Shown here in pieces: positions 9,711 through 23,126 of a DNA stretch of 64,000 bases. The DNA comes from an uncultured Pseudomonadota bacterium (GTDB lineage Bacteria > Vulcanimicrobiota > Vulcanimicrobiia > Eremiobacterales > Eremiobacteraceae): the NCBI GenBank assembly GCA_963736005.1, contig CAVTNB010000002.1, positions 96,001 through 160,000 on the forward strand. The letters are read 5' to 3'. The notes beneath the pieces are model-generated. The model saw nothing but the letters and a program-made list of their open reading frames with translations, was not told the origin of the DNA and made no database searches. The first letter of the stretch is position 1. Each line of letters opens with the position of its first letter. The position numbers and the translations under genes were made by a program.

Positions 9711-9972
9711 TTGCGCGTGATGTACGCGTATGCGCTGCCGAGCCCCACGACCAAGCCCAGCAGGATAAGACCAAGAGTCCACTCGATCGAGTATCCGGGC
9801 TGCCTGGAATCAAGCGAAATTCCGAGATACGCCCCGGCAACCATCGGCAACACGATCATGAGACCCAGCGTGCCGAGATAGGCGAGTTGCGCCAAGAAGG
9901 ACCGACGACCACCCTCCCGCATGCGGCTGGCCTGAAGCTGCACGCTGTGCTTCAAACGGTCGTTGACGCGTT

Positions 9973-9976
<4 letters not shown>
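9707..9976 (-). CDS. AtpQ/AtpZ-AtpI-like two-TM membrane protein of N-ATPase operon
   Basis: LGTLGL.IVLP...GAYLG..LD motif, position between atpC and atpB. Confidence 0.8.
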
Positions 9977-12385
<2,409 letters not shown>

Positions 12386-12389
<4 letters not shown>

Positions 12390-14767
12390 GTTCGCCCGTC
12401 GTTTCGAATCCCAGCGCACCCCCCTCAGAAGCCGAACTTCGGCTCATCGACGCCTATTGGCGCGCCGCCAACTATCTATCGGTAGGTCAGATCTACCTGC
12501 TGGACAACCCCTTGCTCGCCGAGCCCTTGAAGCCCGAACATACCAAACCTCGGCTGCTCGGTCACTGGGGCACGACGCCTGGCCTCAACTTCGCTTACGC
12601 GCACATGAACCGGGTGATCCGTCAGCATCATCTCAACGCAATCTTCATCATCGGCCCAGGCCACGGCGGACCCGCGGCGTTCGCGAACGCGTATCTCGAA
12701 GGGACGTATAGCGAGCTTCATCCCGAGATCGCGCAAAACACACTGGGCATGCTTCGTCTCTTCAAACAGTTTTCGTTCCCGGGGGGCGTGCCCAGCCATG
12801 CCTCTCCGGATGTGCCGGGTTCGATCAACGAGGGTGGGGAACTCGGGTATTCCCTCGCCCACGCGTACGGTGCAGTTTTCGACAATCCAGACCTGATCGC
12901 GTGTACGGTGATTGGCGACGGCGAAGCAGAGACTGGCGCGCTCGCGACCTCATGGCACTCCAACAAGTTTCTTAACCCGATCCGAGATGGCGCGGTCCTT
13001 CCCATCCTTCACCTCAATGGGTACAAAATCTCGGGTCCAACGGTGCTGGCCCGCATTCCCGAGTCGGAATTGGTCGCGTTGTTTGAAGGTTATGGGTATC
13101 GAGTTGAGGTCGTTGCGGGCGACGATCCGATGACGATGCATCGCACGATGGCGGCAACGCTCGATCGGGTGGTCGTGGAGATCAAGGCGATTCAAGAGCT
13201 TACGCGAGCGAATGGCTTTTCAACGCGACCGGTGTGGCCTATGATTATCTTGCGGACGCCCAAGGGATGGACAGGGCCAAAGAAGGTCGACGGGATCCAG
13301 ATTGAGGGGACGTTTCGCGCCCATCAGGTGCCTCTGACCGATGTCCGCACGAATCCAAAGCACTTGCAGCAACTCGAAGAATGGATGCGCAGCTATCGTC
13401 CCCAGGAGTTGTTTGACGCCAACGGCCGTTTGAACTACGAGGTGGCCACAACGGCACCGCGCGGCGAGCGGCGCATGAGCGCTAACCCGCACGCGAATGG
13501 CGGCTTGCTGCTGCGCGATCTCATCGTGCCTGACTTTCGCGCTTATGCCGTACCTGTGCCGCGCCCCGGAGCAGTCACGGGGGAAGCGACACGGCAGCTC
13601 GGCAATTTTTTGCGCGACCTCATGAGGGCCAATCCTCACACCTTCCGCGTTGTTGGACCTGACGAGACCGATTCCAATCGGCTGGGTGCGCTCTTCGAAG
13701 TTACCAACCGTTGTTCGACGGCCATCGTGCTCCCGTCGGACGATCATGTCTCACCCGACGGTCGCGTGATGGAGATATTGAGCGAGCACCTTTGCGAAGG
13801 CTGGCTCGAAGGATATCTCTTGACAGGACGCCACGGATTTTTCTCTTGTTACGAGGCGTTTATCCATATCATTGATTCGATGTTCAACCAGCACGCCAAG
13901 TGGTTGAAATCATGCATGAGCATCGACTGGCGCCGCCCCATCGCATCGCTGAACATTCTCTTGACATCGCACGTGTGGCGACAGGATCACAATGGCTTCA
14001 GCCACCAAGACCCGGGATTCCTCGACATCGTTCTCAACAAGAAGGCGGAGATCGTACGGGTCTACCTCCCTCCAGATGCGAACTGTTTGCTTTCGGTTGC
14101 CGATCATTGCTTGCGATCTCGTAATTACGTCAACGTGATTGTTGCTGGCAAACAACCGGAGTGGCAGTGGTTAGACATGGATGCGGCGATCCGCCATTGC
14201 ACGTCGGGTATCGGCATCTGGGAGTGGGCGAGCACGGACGGAGGCGACTCCCCGGATGTCCTCATGGCCTGCGCCGGAGATGTACCTACGCTTGAAGCGC
14301 TTGCGGCCGTCGATTTCTTGCATCGGCACGTTCCCGACCTAAGAATACGCGTTGTCAACGTCGTGGATCTCATGACGCTGCAGCCTCAAAACGAGCATCC
14401 CCACGGGCTCAGCGACGCAGAGTTCGACTCGATTTTCACAACCGACCGGCCTATTATCTTTGCCTTTCACGGGTACCCGTGGCTCATCCACAGGCTCACG
14501 TATCGCCGCCACGGCCATGACAATCTTCACGTGCGAGGCTACAAAGAAGAAGGAACGATTACGACGCCGTTCGACATGACCGTGAGAAACGATTTGGACC
14601 GCTTCCATCTCGCCGGCGATGCGATCGACCGGGTAGTGCGATTGCGCGATGTAGCTGCCCGCGCCAAGCAGATTATCCGTGACAAGTTAATCGAGCATCG
14701 CGCGTATGTCGAGCGCTATGGGGAGGACATGCCCGAAATCCGCAACTGGCAGTGGCCACAAACGTAG
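12386..14767 (+). CDS. xfp: Phosphoketolase (xylulose-5-P/fructose-6-P)
   Basis: [31 protein letters not shown] motif, [25 protein letters not shown]. Confidence 0.97.
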
Positions 14768-14772
14768 CCTCG

Positions 14773-15222
14773 TCAACAAACCTTGCAGGGACCAACAAAG
14801 CATACAGACGTCGAGCGGTCATGGAACGTCAGTTTCTGCGGGCTCAAGCAATGGTTCATCCCAGCGATGAGCGCGGTCGCCGTCGCGGATGGCACGCCGT
14901 AGCTGGCTAAACCGCTGGCGCGGGTGATTTCCCCGCCACCTCCACCAAGGGGTACCCAGCCAATCCCGAATTTCTTTTGGAAGACTTTCTCGCCGCTCAT
15001 TTGACCGCTTTGCCATAGCGCGATGGCATAGCTCTCGCTCAAGGCAACCTTCGTCACGCGAGCCTCGGGTGAACCTGGCTTGAGTTCCTTTGCGAGCATA
15101 GACGTCGTCATGGTGACGATCTGTGTGGCGTCGGAATTGGTTTGTGCCAGTGCCATCGGCGTGCAAAGCACGATAAAAGCGAAGGCGGCACACATGTGCA
15201 GTGCTAAGGACCTCTTTGGCAT
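14773..15222 (-). CDS. Secreted hypothetical protein, Cys-rich C-terminus
   Basis: Signal peptide (..PMALA|Q); TAATG coupling to upstream USP gene. Confidence 0.6.
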   Translation of the reverse strand: MPKRSLALHMCAAFAFIVLCTPMALAQTNSDATQIVTMTTSMLAKELKPGSPEARVTKVALSESYAIALWQSGQMSGEKVFQKKFGIGWVPLGGGGGEITRASGLASYGVPSATATALIAGMNHCLSPQKLTFHDRSTSVCFVGPCKVC

Positions 15223-15680
15223 TACTTGCTCCTATCGCTCGCCTCTTTATGACGGACTGCGAGCACTGGTATCGACGACTTTCGGAGCACGCCCTCGGTC
15301 GTGCTTCCCATGATGGCGCGCTCGAAGCCGCCGCGACCGTGCGTGCCAATGACGATGAGATCAGGTTGCTTTTCCTTGACGAGGCGCAGGATCATTGGGA
15401 TGGTATCTTCCGCAGCAGACTCCGAGCTCGCCTCGACGCCGGCACTCTTCGCTCTGGCTTCGGCAGTTTGGAGTACCTTAGCGCCGTAGTCACGCTCCTG
15501 CTGAATCGCAAAGGTTGGGTCGATGGTCGGCGTGGATGCGGCATTGATGAGCGCGATCTCTTCGAGCGCATGACAAAAAATGAGCTTCGCTTGCTGGTCT
15601 CGGGCCAGCGAAATTGCGAGTGCAACGGCTTCGTCTGACGTCGGGGAACCGTCCACCGGCACAAGCATCGTCTTGAACAT
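15222..15680 (-). CDS. Universal stress protein
   Basis: LVPVDGS, IGTHGRGG...MGSTTE motifs. Confidence 0.93.
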   Translation of the reverse strand: MFKTMLVPVDGSPTSDEAVALAISLARDQQAKLIFCHALEEIALINAASTPTIDPTFAIQQERDYGAKVLQTAEARAKSAGVEASSESAAEDTIPMILRLVKEKQPDLIVIGTHGRGGFERAIMGSTTEGVLRKSSIPVLAVRHKEASDRSK

Positions 15681-15719
15681 ACCGCGCGCTTCGGCGCACC
15701 TCGCTGGCCTTTCCTTGCC

Positions 15720-16433
15720 CTACCCACCAGATAGGCAACGCCGAATCTTTTTCACCTCAAGCATAAAGGGTACCTGATCTTCAGTCCGAGGTCGCGCGAG
15801 CGTTATCGGGATAATCTCCTTGAGCGTGCCCTCGTTCATGACCCCGACGCGATCGGCGAGGACAACGGCCTCTTCAAAATGATGGGAGACCATGACGATC
15901 GTCTTTTTCGTTGCTTCCCAAATTTCCAGCAATTCACCATAGAGTTCATCGCAGATGAGTGGATCGAGTGCAGAAAATGGCTCGTCCAAAAGCAAGACAT
16001 CCGATTCAACGGCAAGCGCGCGCGCAATGCCGACGCGTTGCCGTTGGCCCCCCGACAACTCCCTTGGGTACTTCCCGGCGAAGGTTTCGAGATGCACCAT
16101 CTGAAGATAGTGCTGGGTGAGGTCCTTGATTTTTTCTTCTTCGAAATTCTGCATGCGAGCGGCAAACGCGACATTGCCTTCCACCGTAAGCCACGGCAGC
16201 AGAGCGTACGACTGGAACACCATCCCAACGTGATGTGGCCTCACGAGCGTGCCGTTTGAAGGATTTTCGATTCCAGCGATCATCTTGAGCACGGTGGATT
16301 TTCCGCATCCTGATGGTCCCACGAGACAAAAAAATTCACCGCGATATATCGCGAGGGAAAAATCGCGCACCACGTAGACCGGAGGCGTTTCGTACGATTT
16401 GTTGACGTTGGTGAAAACAATCGGCGTTTCCAC
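15720..16433 (-). CDS. ABC transporter ATP-binding protein (NitT/TauT type)
   Basis: GPSGCGKST, LSGGQRQR, LLLDEPFSALD. Confidence 0.92.
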   Translation of the reverse strand: METPIVFTNVNKSYETPPVYVVRDFSLAIYRGEFFCLVGPSGCGKSTVLKMIAGIENPSNGTLVRPHHVGMVFQSYALLPWLTVEGNVAFAARMQNFEEEKIKDLTQHYLQMVHLETFAGKYPRELSGGQRQRVGIARALAVESDVLLLDEPFSALDPLICDELYGELLEIWEATKKTIVMVSHHFEEAVVLADRVGVMNEGTLKEIIPITLARPRTEDQVPFMLEVKKIRRCLSGG

Positions 16434-17245
16434 TAGTCAAACCTGAATCTCTGGGCGAAATGAAGCAGCGGCTGCCACACAAGAACATTGATGAAGGCGA
16501 TGAGCGCAATCATCACTGCCAGTGTCGCCACAAAGACCGACGTTTGTCCTCGTGCATTTGAATCGACCAGCAGGCTGCCTAAGCCGAGTAAGTCTTGCGA
16601 AGGAGTTCCATGAGGAATGTAGGTGTGCAAAACTTCGGCGACGATGACAATGGTCCAACCTTGTGCCCAGGCCAAGAGCGACCCGGTTATGACGAAGGGG
16701 ACGATCGCAGGAAGCGTGATGTACCAAAACTTCCTAAAACCGCGAGCATTGAAAACAATCGCCGCGTACTTCACATCGTCAGGGATTGTTTGCAAGCCCC
16801 CGATGACTGGAAAGACGATATTCCAGATCATTTGTATGAAGATGACGAAGACGGCGGCCAGTTCGAACGCATGATATGCGGTGAAAAAGACAACCACGAC
16901 GGGGAAAAACGCAAGCACCGGTACCGACTGCAAAATATCGGCTATGGGAAGAAAAATTCGTTGCATTCGGGGAGTGCTGGCGATGAACAAAGCCAGCGGA
17001 ATAGAAACCGCCAACGAGACAATGTATGCTAAGAACATACGATAGAACGTGTTGGCTGTTCCAGCTAATATGTCTCTCATGGAAATCCGGTTGATGTCGA
17101 AAGCATTCCTGGGGTTCACGAAGTGAAAAACCAGAACGGTAATGACAATGGCGAGAGCGATAACGATGCCGACCGAAACGAGATGCCGTCCGAGGGTTGT
17201 TTGATAGAAGAGGTGAGGACGATGCGCATAGCGTCGTACCTTCAT
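16433..17245 (-). CDS. ABC transporter permease (NitT/TauT type)
   Basis: About 6 TMs, DILQSVPVLAFFP, EAA-like loop, LPAIVP; start MKVRR just after the upstream stop. Confidence 0.85.
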   Translation of the reverse strand: MKVRRYAHRPHLFYQTTLGRHLVSVGIVIALAIVITVLVFHFVNPRNAFDINRISMRDILAGTANTFYRMFLAYIVSLAVSIPLALFIASTPRMQRIFLPIADILQSVPVLAFFPVVVVFFTAYHAFELAAVFVIFIQMIWNIVFPVIGGLQTIPDDVKYAAIVFNARGFRKFWYITLPAIVPFVITGSLLAWAQGWTIVIVAEVLHTYIPHGTPSQDLLGLGSLLVDSNARGQTSVFVATLAVMIALIAFINVLVWQPLLHFAQRFRFD

Positions 17246-17249
17246 CTGA

Positions 17250-20012
17250 CTATATTTCAATGCGGGCGACTGCCACTTTCCAATCCGTCCCTTGCGTGAT
17301 GCGAAAGCCAAGCTCGGAGCAAATATGCAGCATGGCCCCATTGGTCGAAAGAATATAGCCAACCACGCTGCCGATGTCTTCGCGTCGTGCGATGTCAACC
17401 AGTCGGCGCAAGAGCTCGCGCCCGATGCCAAGTCCTTGACGATCGTCCTCCACCGTGAGAGCGAACTCAGCCTGGCCGCCTTCGTGTTCCAAAATGAGAC
17501 GTCCAATGGCGATAATCTTCGGCATCGGCGGCGAGTCTTCAACCGCAACGAGCGCCATCTCGCGTGCGTAGTCAATGAAACAAACTCGCGATAGGCGCTG
17601 ATGTTGCACGCGATCGCTCAAGCGCGCCAACTGCGCGTACCGCTTGTAAACGGTCTCATCGGACAAGCGCTCGTGGAATTGCGCTACAAGCCCTTCATCT
17701 TCCGGACGAATCGGGCGAATGGTCAGCGTCCGTCCATCGGTTGCAGTCCACGTGGCTTCGTACTGCGCAGGATAGGGACGGATCGCAGGCTCGGGGAGAT
17801 CGGCATCGGCACGTGCCGGTTCGTGGAGAATAGCTCGCGCATCGAGCGCGAGCAAACCGTGCTCCGATGCGAACAGCGGATTCATTTCTATTTCTTTGAT
17901 GCGCCGCTGCTCGATGACGAGTTCACTAAAACGAACCAAGAGTTGTTCGAGCGCCAAGAGATCGATGGATTTTCGGCCGCGCACTCCACGCAGCGCTCGG
18001 TAGATGCGTGTTCGCTCCATCATCCGGCGGGCCAGCGTGGTATTCAGCGGCGCAAGCCCGAGCGCGCGATCGTGGAAAACTTCAACCAAGGCGCCGCCGA
18101 GACCGAAGACGATGACAGGTCCAAATTGCTCGTCGACGCTGGAACCGACGAGCAGCTCGTATCCCTCGAGCGCGACCATTGGTTGGACCGTAACGCCGAG
18201 AAATGGTTCGACGCCAGAGACGATCCTCGCGGCTGCCGATATGGCGGCAAACGCGTCTCGAACCCCTGCTGAATCGGCCACTCCCAACTTCACGCCACCG
18301 ACGTCACTCTTGTGCGTTACGGTCGTCGAATGCAACTTCACGGCAACTGGATAGCCAATCTTGTTGGCGGCGCGGACCGCGTCGTCTGCGTTTGTGGCTA
18401 AGGTCGTCTCCACAGTTGGAATGCCGTATGCCGCTAGCAGGCGTTTCGACTCGTACTCCGTGAGCAGCGTGCGGCCCTCGGCCGATGTCTGGGCGATAAG
18501 GGCTTTCACCGCCATGCGATCTGGGGCCAAACGTTCCTGGTCGAGCACGGGCGTTTCATACAGCGCGCGCAGCGCGTCGTCATAGCGCCACATGTAATTG
18601 AAGACGCGTGCCGCGGTGTCCGGATACCCATACGTTGGTATGCCCGCCTTCTTCAGGGCGGTTGCGCCGTGGGCAACACCTCCACCACCCATCCATGTCG
18701 CGATGACCGGCTTTCCCGTTTGGGAGACGACGGGAATGATAGCGCTCGCGACATCAAGCGGGGCCGCAACAGCTTGGGGCGCATAGACAATGAGGAGGCC
18801 ATCAGCATTGGGTTCGGCTCGGCAAATTTCAACAGCCTGCGCGTAACGCTCCGGGGTTGCATCGCCGAGAATATCGACGGGATTCCCATGGCTCCAATGT
18901 TCCGGCAGAAGCGCATCGATCGATGCGCGGGTAGCCGGCGAAAGTTCGGCGGCATCGCCGCCGCCGGCAACAAGAGCGTCCGTAGCCAGCACGCCGCCTC
19001 CGCCTGCATTTGTCACGATGATGAGCCTCTTGCCCTTTGGGCGGGGCTGCTTCGCCAAGGCTTCAGCCATATAAAACAGCTCGGCGAGCGAGTTGACGCG
19101 CAGAACGCCGCACCGGCGAAAGGCCGCGTCCACAACGTCATCGCTGCCCACGAGCGCCCCGGTGTGCGATGCTGCCGCGCGTGCCGCAGCGGCCGAGCGC
19201 CCACCCTTGATGACGATAATTGGTTTGCTCATTGCAACTTCGCGCGCGGCCGAAAGGAACGACCGCGAGTCGCCGATTGATTCCATGTAGAGAATGATGG
19301 CCTTCGTCGCTGGATCGTCACCGAGGTAATCGATCACATCGCCCCAGCCGACGTCGACCATCGACCCCAACGACGCAAAATGACTGAAACCGACGCTCTC
19401 GGTCAGGCTCCAGTCCAAAATGGCAGTGCCGAGCGCTCCGCTCTGGCTGATGAAGCCAATGTTGCCCACAAGCACGCGAGTGTCTGCGAACGTCGCGTTC
19501 AAGCCGATGTCGGGACTTATGACGCCGAGACAATTTGGGCCGATGACGCGCATACCAGTCTCGCGCGCGTTAGCAGCGATGCTACGCTCGAGCTCAGCGC
19601 CGTGCTGGCCAGTCTCCCGAAAGCCGGCGGAGATCACAATCGCACCTCCCACTCCGGCCCGCGCACATTGCAGGACGATGTCCGGCACGGTCGCCGCCGG
19701 AGTCACGATGACGGCCAAGTCGACGGGCGAAGGGACTTGGGTGATATCCGGGTAGCATTGACGCCCCATCATCGTGGGGTGCTTTGGGTTTACCGGGTAG
19801 ATGTTGCCGCGAAATTCGGGATTGAGAAGATTGGCAAGAATGGCGTACCCGACGGATGCTCGGCGCTCGGTCGCGCCGATGACCGCAACGCTGCGCGGAT
19901 GAAAGATTGCGCGCAAACGTTGGACGCCCGACCGAGCACGCATGATGTCATGCGCAGGCTCGATCGCCGGAGGCACGGTCGCATCTCTTTGCTTCGCATC
20001 TCGTGCATCCAC
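17250..20012 (-). CDS. Bifunctional acetate--CoA ligase (ADP-forming) family / GNAT acetyltransferase (Pat/YfiQ-like)
   Basis: CoA-binding SVAVIGA, GPNCLG, SHTGA, TNAGG, ATP-grasp HKSDVGGV, C-terminal IRPIRPED...QGLGIG GNAT. Confidence 0.92.
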   Translation of the reverse strand: MDARDAKQRDATVPPAIEPAHDIMRARSGVQRLRAIFHPRSVAVIGATERRASVGYAILANLLNPEFRGNIYPVNPKHPTMMGRQCYPDITQVPSPVDLAVIVTPAATVPDIVLQCARAGVGGAIVISAGFRETGQHGAELERSIAANARETGMRVIGPNCLGVISPDIGLNATFADTRVLVGNIGFISQSGALGTAILDWSLTESVGFSHFASLGSMVDVGWGDVIDYLGDDPATKAIILYMESIGDSRSFLSAAREVAMSKPIIVIKGGRSAAAARAAASHTGALVGSDDVVDAAFRRCGVLRVNSLAELFYMAEALAKQPRPKGKRLIIVTNAGGGGVLATDALVAGGGDAAELSPATRASIDALLPEHWSHGNPVDILGDATPERYAQAVEICRAEPNADGLLIVYAPQAVAAPLDVASAIIPVVSQTGKPVIATWMGGGGVAHGATALKKAGIPTYGYPDTAARVFNYMWRYDDALRALYETPVLDQERLAPDRMAVKALIAQTSAEGRTLLTEYESKRLLAAYGIPTVETTLATNADDAVRAANKIGYPVAVKLHSTTVTHKSDVGGVKLGVADSAGVRDAFAAISAAARIVSGVEPFLGVTVQPMVALEGYELLVGSSVDEQFGPVIVFGLGGALVEVFHDRALGLAPLNTTLARRMMERTRIYRALRGVRGRKSIDLLALEQLLVRFSELVIEQRRIKEIEMNPLFASEHGLLALDARAILHEPARADADLPEPAIRPYPAQYEATWTATDGRTLTIRPIRPEDEGLVAQFHERLSDETVYKRYAQLARLSDRVQHQRLSRVCFIDYAREMALVAVEDSPPMPKIIAIGRLILEHEGGQAEFALTVEDDRQGLGIGRELLRRLVDIARREDIGSVVGYILSTNGAMLHICSELGFRITQGTDWKVAVARIEI

Positions 20013-20069
20013 GATGCAGCGTGCTACGCGCTGTATCCGCGCCCGCCCTGCGCCGATTGCGGACGATCG

Positions 20070-20102
20070 AAAAAGAGGCTGCGGACGTTATTGCCGCAGC
20101 CT
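20070..20102 (-). terminator. Rho-independent terminator-like hairpin
   Basis: AGGCTGCGG/CCGCAGCCT stem followed by CTTTTT on minus strand. Confidence 0.55.
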
Positions 20103-20327
20103 TGGTATTTTGTCGAAAATGGGATTGTGTTCTGCCCTTTGACCTGCGTGATCCGCAGTGAAGAAGCTCGAGGCTGCGTCGCGAACCGTACCTTGGAGTC
20201 TTCTTCCAAGCTGCTCTGCCAAACTGGCGATCCCGGCATCAAGCCGAACAGCTCATCCCACTTACGGCACAATCCTACTGGCCAGGCATGATGGTTTGGT
20301 GAAGTTCTCGTGATGAGATGCGGCTGG

Positions 20328-20792
20328 TTACGGCCTTTTCTCGAAGCGACCGGTTTTCTCAAGAAGACGAATACGGTAGATAACCGTCGGCAGATTCTCG
20401 ACCTGCGCCCGATGCTGATGCGTGAGATCCTTCGGCGTTTGGCTCGACGCAGGCGTGGCCGTGCGTGGCGCAAGCCGAACCAGCAAATGCACCAGAGCGC
20501 GGTCGGCGTCCGCGCCGCGCAGTTCCTCAAAGCGACCCCACGCGATGACACTGCGCCAATTTGAAAGATCGTCGATCTTGTCGACTTCGAAGCAAACGTT
20601 GGGATTCTCGCGCATCGCGCGCACCTTGCGCCCATCTGTGCTGTGGCCGACAATCGCACCATCATCATAAACGTATGCGATTGGGACGACATACATGCGA
20701 CCTTCGTCATAGCAACCTAAGCGGCCGACGAACTCGCTTCGAAGCAACTCTTCGATCTCTTCCGGACTCAGCTGACCTAACATGTGAGCCAT
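20328..20792 (-). CDS. Pyridoxamine 5'-phosphate oxidase-like flavin-nucleotide-binding protein (start may be 20783)
   Basis: GRLGC...YVVPI.Y, GRKV..MRENPNVCFEVD, WRSVIAWG. Confidence 0.88.
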   Translation of the reverse strand: MAHMLGQLSPEEIEELLRSEFVGRLGCYDEGRMYVVPIAYVYDDGAIVGHSTDGRKVRAMRENPNVCFEVDKIDDLSNWRSVIAWGRFEELRGADADRALVHLLVRLAPRTATPASSQTPKDLTHQHRAQVENLPTVIYRIRLLEKTGRFEKRP

Positions 20793-20835
20793 TGTAGTGG
20801 GCCTATTCTTCGCGGTTGCGAAGGACGTGTGAAGG

Positions 20836-22005
20836 CTAGGCGAGTTGCTTGCGATAACGCCAGATGCTGAGCGTCATCATCACCGCGGCAAAGCAGAGCA
20901 GGGCGGCGAGGTCGGGCCAAAGCGTGGCGAGGCCGCTCCCTTTGATCAACGCCCCCCGGGCAATGTCTCCGTAGTAGCGCATGGGGTCTAAGAGGGTGAG
21001 GGGCTGCAGCCAACGCGGCATTGCTTCGATTGGCGTAAACGCGCCCGAGAGCGATGTCAGCGGCGGGTTGAGGAAGAAAATAGCAAGTTGCGCTTGCCGC
21101 GCGGTTGCTGCAAAGGTGGCGAGGAACATCCCAATGCTGATGCCGGAAAGCAAGCACATGATCGCCCCGCCGAACACAACGAACATACTGCCGTGAAACG
21201 GCACTTTGAACACAAACCGTATGATGCCCATCGCAAACAACGCCATGGCGCTCAGCAGCCCAAAGAGCGGCACGATCTTCGCAGTGATGATCTCCCCCGC
21301 GCTGGCGGGCGATATGAGGAGTTGTTCGATCGTTCCCGCTTCCCGCTCTTTCACGAGGGTCATGGACGCCAAGATAGAGCCGTTTAGGATCAGCAAGATG
21401 CCAAGCACGCCCGTCACCGTGAACCAAGCACCGACGAGACCGGGATTGTAAAGAAATGCTGGTGCGAGAACTGCTTGCCCTTGTCGCGTCAGGTCAGTCG
21501 TGGCGGTCGTGCTAAATTCCGGACGAAAGCCTGCGCTTGCAAGTTCGCTATTGTAGGCGGCGAGCACGCCTCGTCCATACCCTTCACCGATCGTCGCGGT
21601 GTTTGCATTTGTTGCATTGAGCAGGAACTGGACGGTTGTCGGCCGTCCTCGCCACAGAGAGCGCGAGAAATCGAATGGGATCACGACGCCAGCATCGAGC
21701 GCGCCCTGCTCGATGGCAGCGCCAACTTGATTGACTGAGTCGTAATAGCCGGCAAATCGAAAGCTCTTGCTTTCGGTGAGCGCGGCCACAAGCTCGCGGC
21801 TCTCGGGTGTGTTGCTCTCGTCGACGATTCCCAACGGCAGGTTCGAGACCGTTACGACGAGGACCGATCCAAAAATAAGCAATTGCAAAATCGGCGCTAC
21901 GATAAGCGAGGCCGTCGCGCGCGGATCGCGCCGGAGTTGGCGAAACTCCTTTTGAATGAGCGCGCGCAGCCGGTAGCTGAGCAAGACGTCAAAGAACTTG
22001 CGCAC
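20836..22005 (-). CDS. ABC-2 exporter permease (YbhR-like)
   Basis: LIQKEFRQLRRD, YNPGL, KEREAGTIEQL, LSGAFTPIEAMP; GTG start inferred. Confidence 0.88.
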   Translation of the reverse strand: MRKFFDVLLSYRLRALIQKEFRQLRRDPRATASLIVAPILQLLIFGSVLVVTVSNLPLGIVDESNTPESRELVAALTESKSFRFAGYYDSVNQVGAAIEQGALDAGVVIPFDFSRSLWRGRPTTVQFLLNATNANTATIGEGYGRGVLAAYNSELASAGFRPEFSTTATTDLTRQGQAVLAPAFLYNPGLVGAWFTVTGVLGILLILNGSILASMTLVKEREAGTIEQLLISPASAGEIITAKIVPLFGLLSAMALFAMGIIRFVFKVPFHGSMFVVFGGAIMCLLSGISIGMFLATFAATARQAQLAIFFLNPPLTSLSGAFTPIEAMPRWLQPLTLLDPMRYYGDIARGALIKGSGLATLWPDLAALLCFAAVMMTLSIWRYRKQLA

Positions 22006-22010
22006 GGGCT

Positions 22011-23126
22011 CTAGGCTCGCAGCTGCATTCGGCGCATATTGTGCCAAGCTATCCCGTAAAAGATCAAGCCGATCGCGGCGATCGCCGCCACGTTCACCCA
22101 CATGGCCGGCCAACCGCCGCCTTGCAGCAGAGCATCACGCGTCACACGGATGTAATACGTACCCCACACCAAATTGGAAATCCAGCGAAGGTAGACGGGT
22201 ATGTTCTCGATCGGGAGAAGCAGGCCCGAGAGCAAAAACACCAGCAGGTAGCCTCCCAGCGCAACCGTTTGCACGGCTGCAACCTGATTTGGTATGGCCG
22301 CACCAACCATGACACCGAACGAAGCGACGCAAAAAGCGTAGAGAAACGTGGCGACGATGAATGGAGTCGGATCGCCGGCAAAATGCAACCCAAAATAGGT
22401 CAAGAGTAACGCGACCAAGATGAGACCTTCGCAAGCGGCTATGCACATGATGGCAAGAATTTTGCCAAGCAAAAACTCATGAGCCGAGATGCTCGAAACG
22501 TACACTTGGAGTATGGTTTTTTGTTCGCCCTCTTTGGCCATCGCCAGCGCAGCGAGGAGCGTCGGAAACAGCGTGAGGGCGAGCACGAAGATCCCGGGGC
22601 CGTAGAACTTCTTCGAGTCGAGCCCGGGATTGAACCACAAGCGAAAGGCCGCCTGAACCAAGGTCGGACGCGCCGCGGCTCCTGATGCCTCGTTAAAGCC
22701 GGCAACGACTTGACTCGCATAGCCGGCAACGAGCGTTGCGGTATTGGCGTCTGATCCATCGATCAGGATCTGGACGGACGTCTGGCTGCCTCGGGCCATG
22801 TCGCGCCCAAAATGTGGCGGGATGATGAGCGCCGCTCTGGCCTTGTTGGTTGCCAATGCTTCATCCGGTTGTCGGTCGACGGGCCACGGAACAATGCGAA
22901 ATGAGATCGATGCTCGCAAGGCATTGATGAGATCCCGCGATGCAGGCGAATCATCAAGATCTTGCACGACGATTGGGACGTCGTAGACGCTAAAGGTAAA
23001 CGACGTACCCAACAAGACGAGTAAGAGGACCGGGAGCACTAAGGCAAGTGCCAGCGCCAAGCGATCGCGAACAATCTGAATGATCTCCTTGCGGGTTTGC
23101 GCCGCAATGCGCCGCAGTGCGTTCAC
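22011..23126 (-). CDS. ABC-2 exporter permease (YbhS-like)
   Basis: RKEIIQIVRD, IDGSDAN, WFNPGL, PIENIP. Confidence 0.88.
   Translation of the reverse strand: MNALRRIAAQTRKEIIQIVRDRLALALALVLPVLLLVLLGTSFTFSVYDVPIVVQDLDDSPASRDLINALRASISFRIVPWPVDRQPDEALATNKARAALIIPPHFGRDMARGSQTSVQILIDGSDANTATLVAGYASQVVAGFNEASGAAARPTLVQAAFRLWFNPGLDSKKFYGPGIFVLALTLFPTLLAALAMAKEGEQKTILQVYVSSISAHEFLLGKILAIMCIAACEGLILVALLLTYFGLHFAGDPTPFIVATFLYAFCVASFGVMVGAAIPNQVAAVQTVALGGYLLVFLLSGLLLPIENIPVYLRWISNLVWGTYYIRVTRDALLQGGGWPAMWVNVAAIAAIGLIFYGIAWHNMRRMQLRA

Noticed and set aside
14773..14790. Selenocysteine readthrough after CKVC-TGA
   Set aside because: Readthrough would run antisense into xfp and no SECIS-like hairpin was evident; no convincing selenoprotein was found in the window.
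20105..20327. Small RNA or small ORF between the flavin-binding gene and its terminator
   Set aside because: Only a short CTTGGA/TCCAAG hairpin; no RBS-led ORF or known RNA motif recognised.
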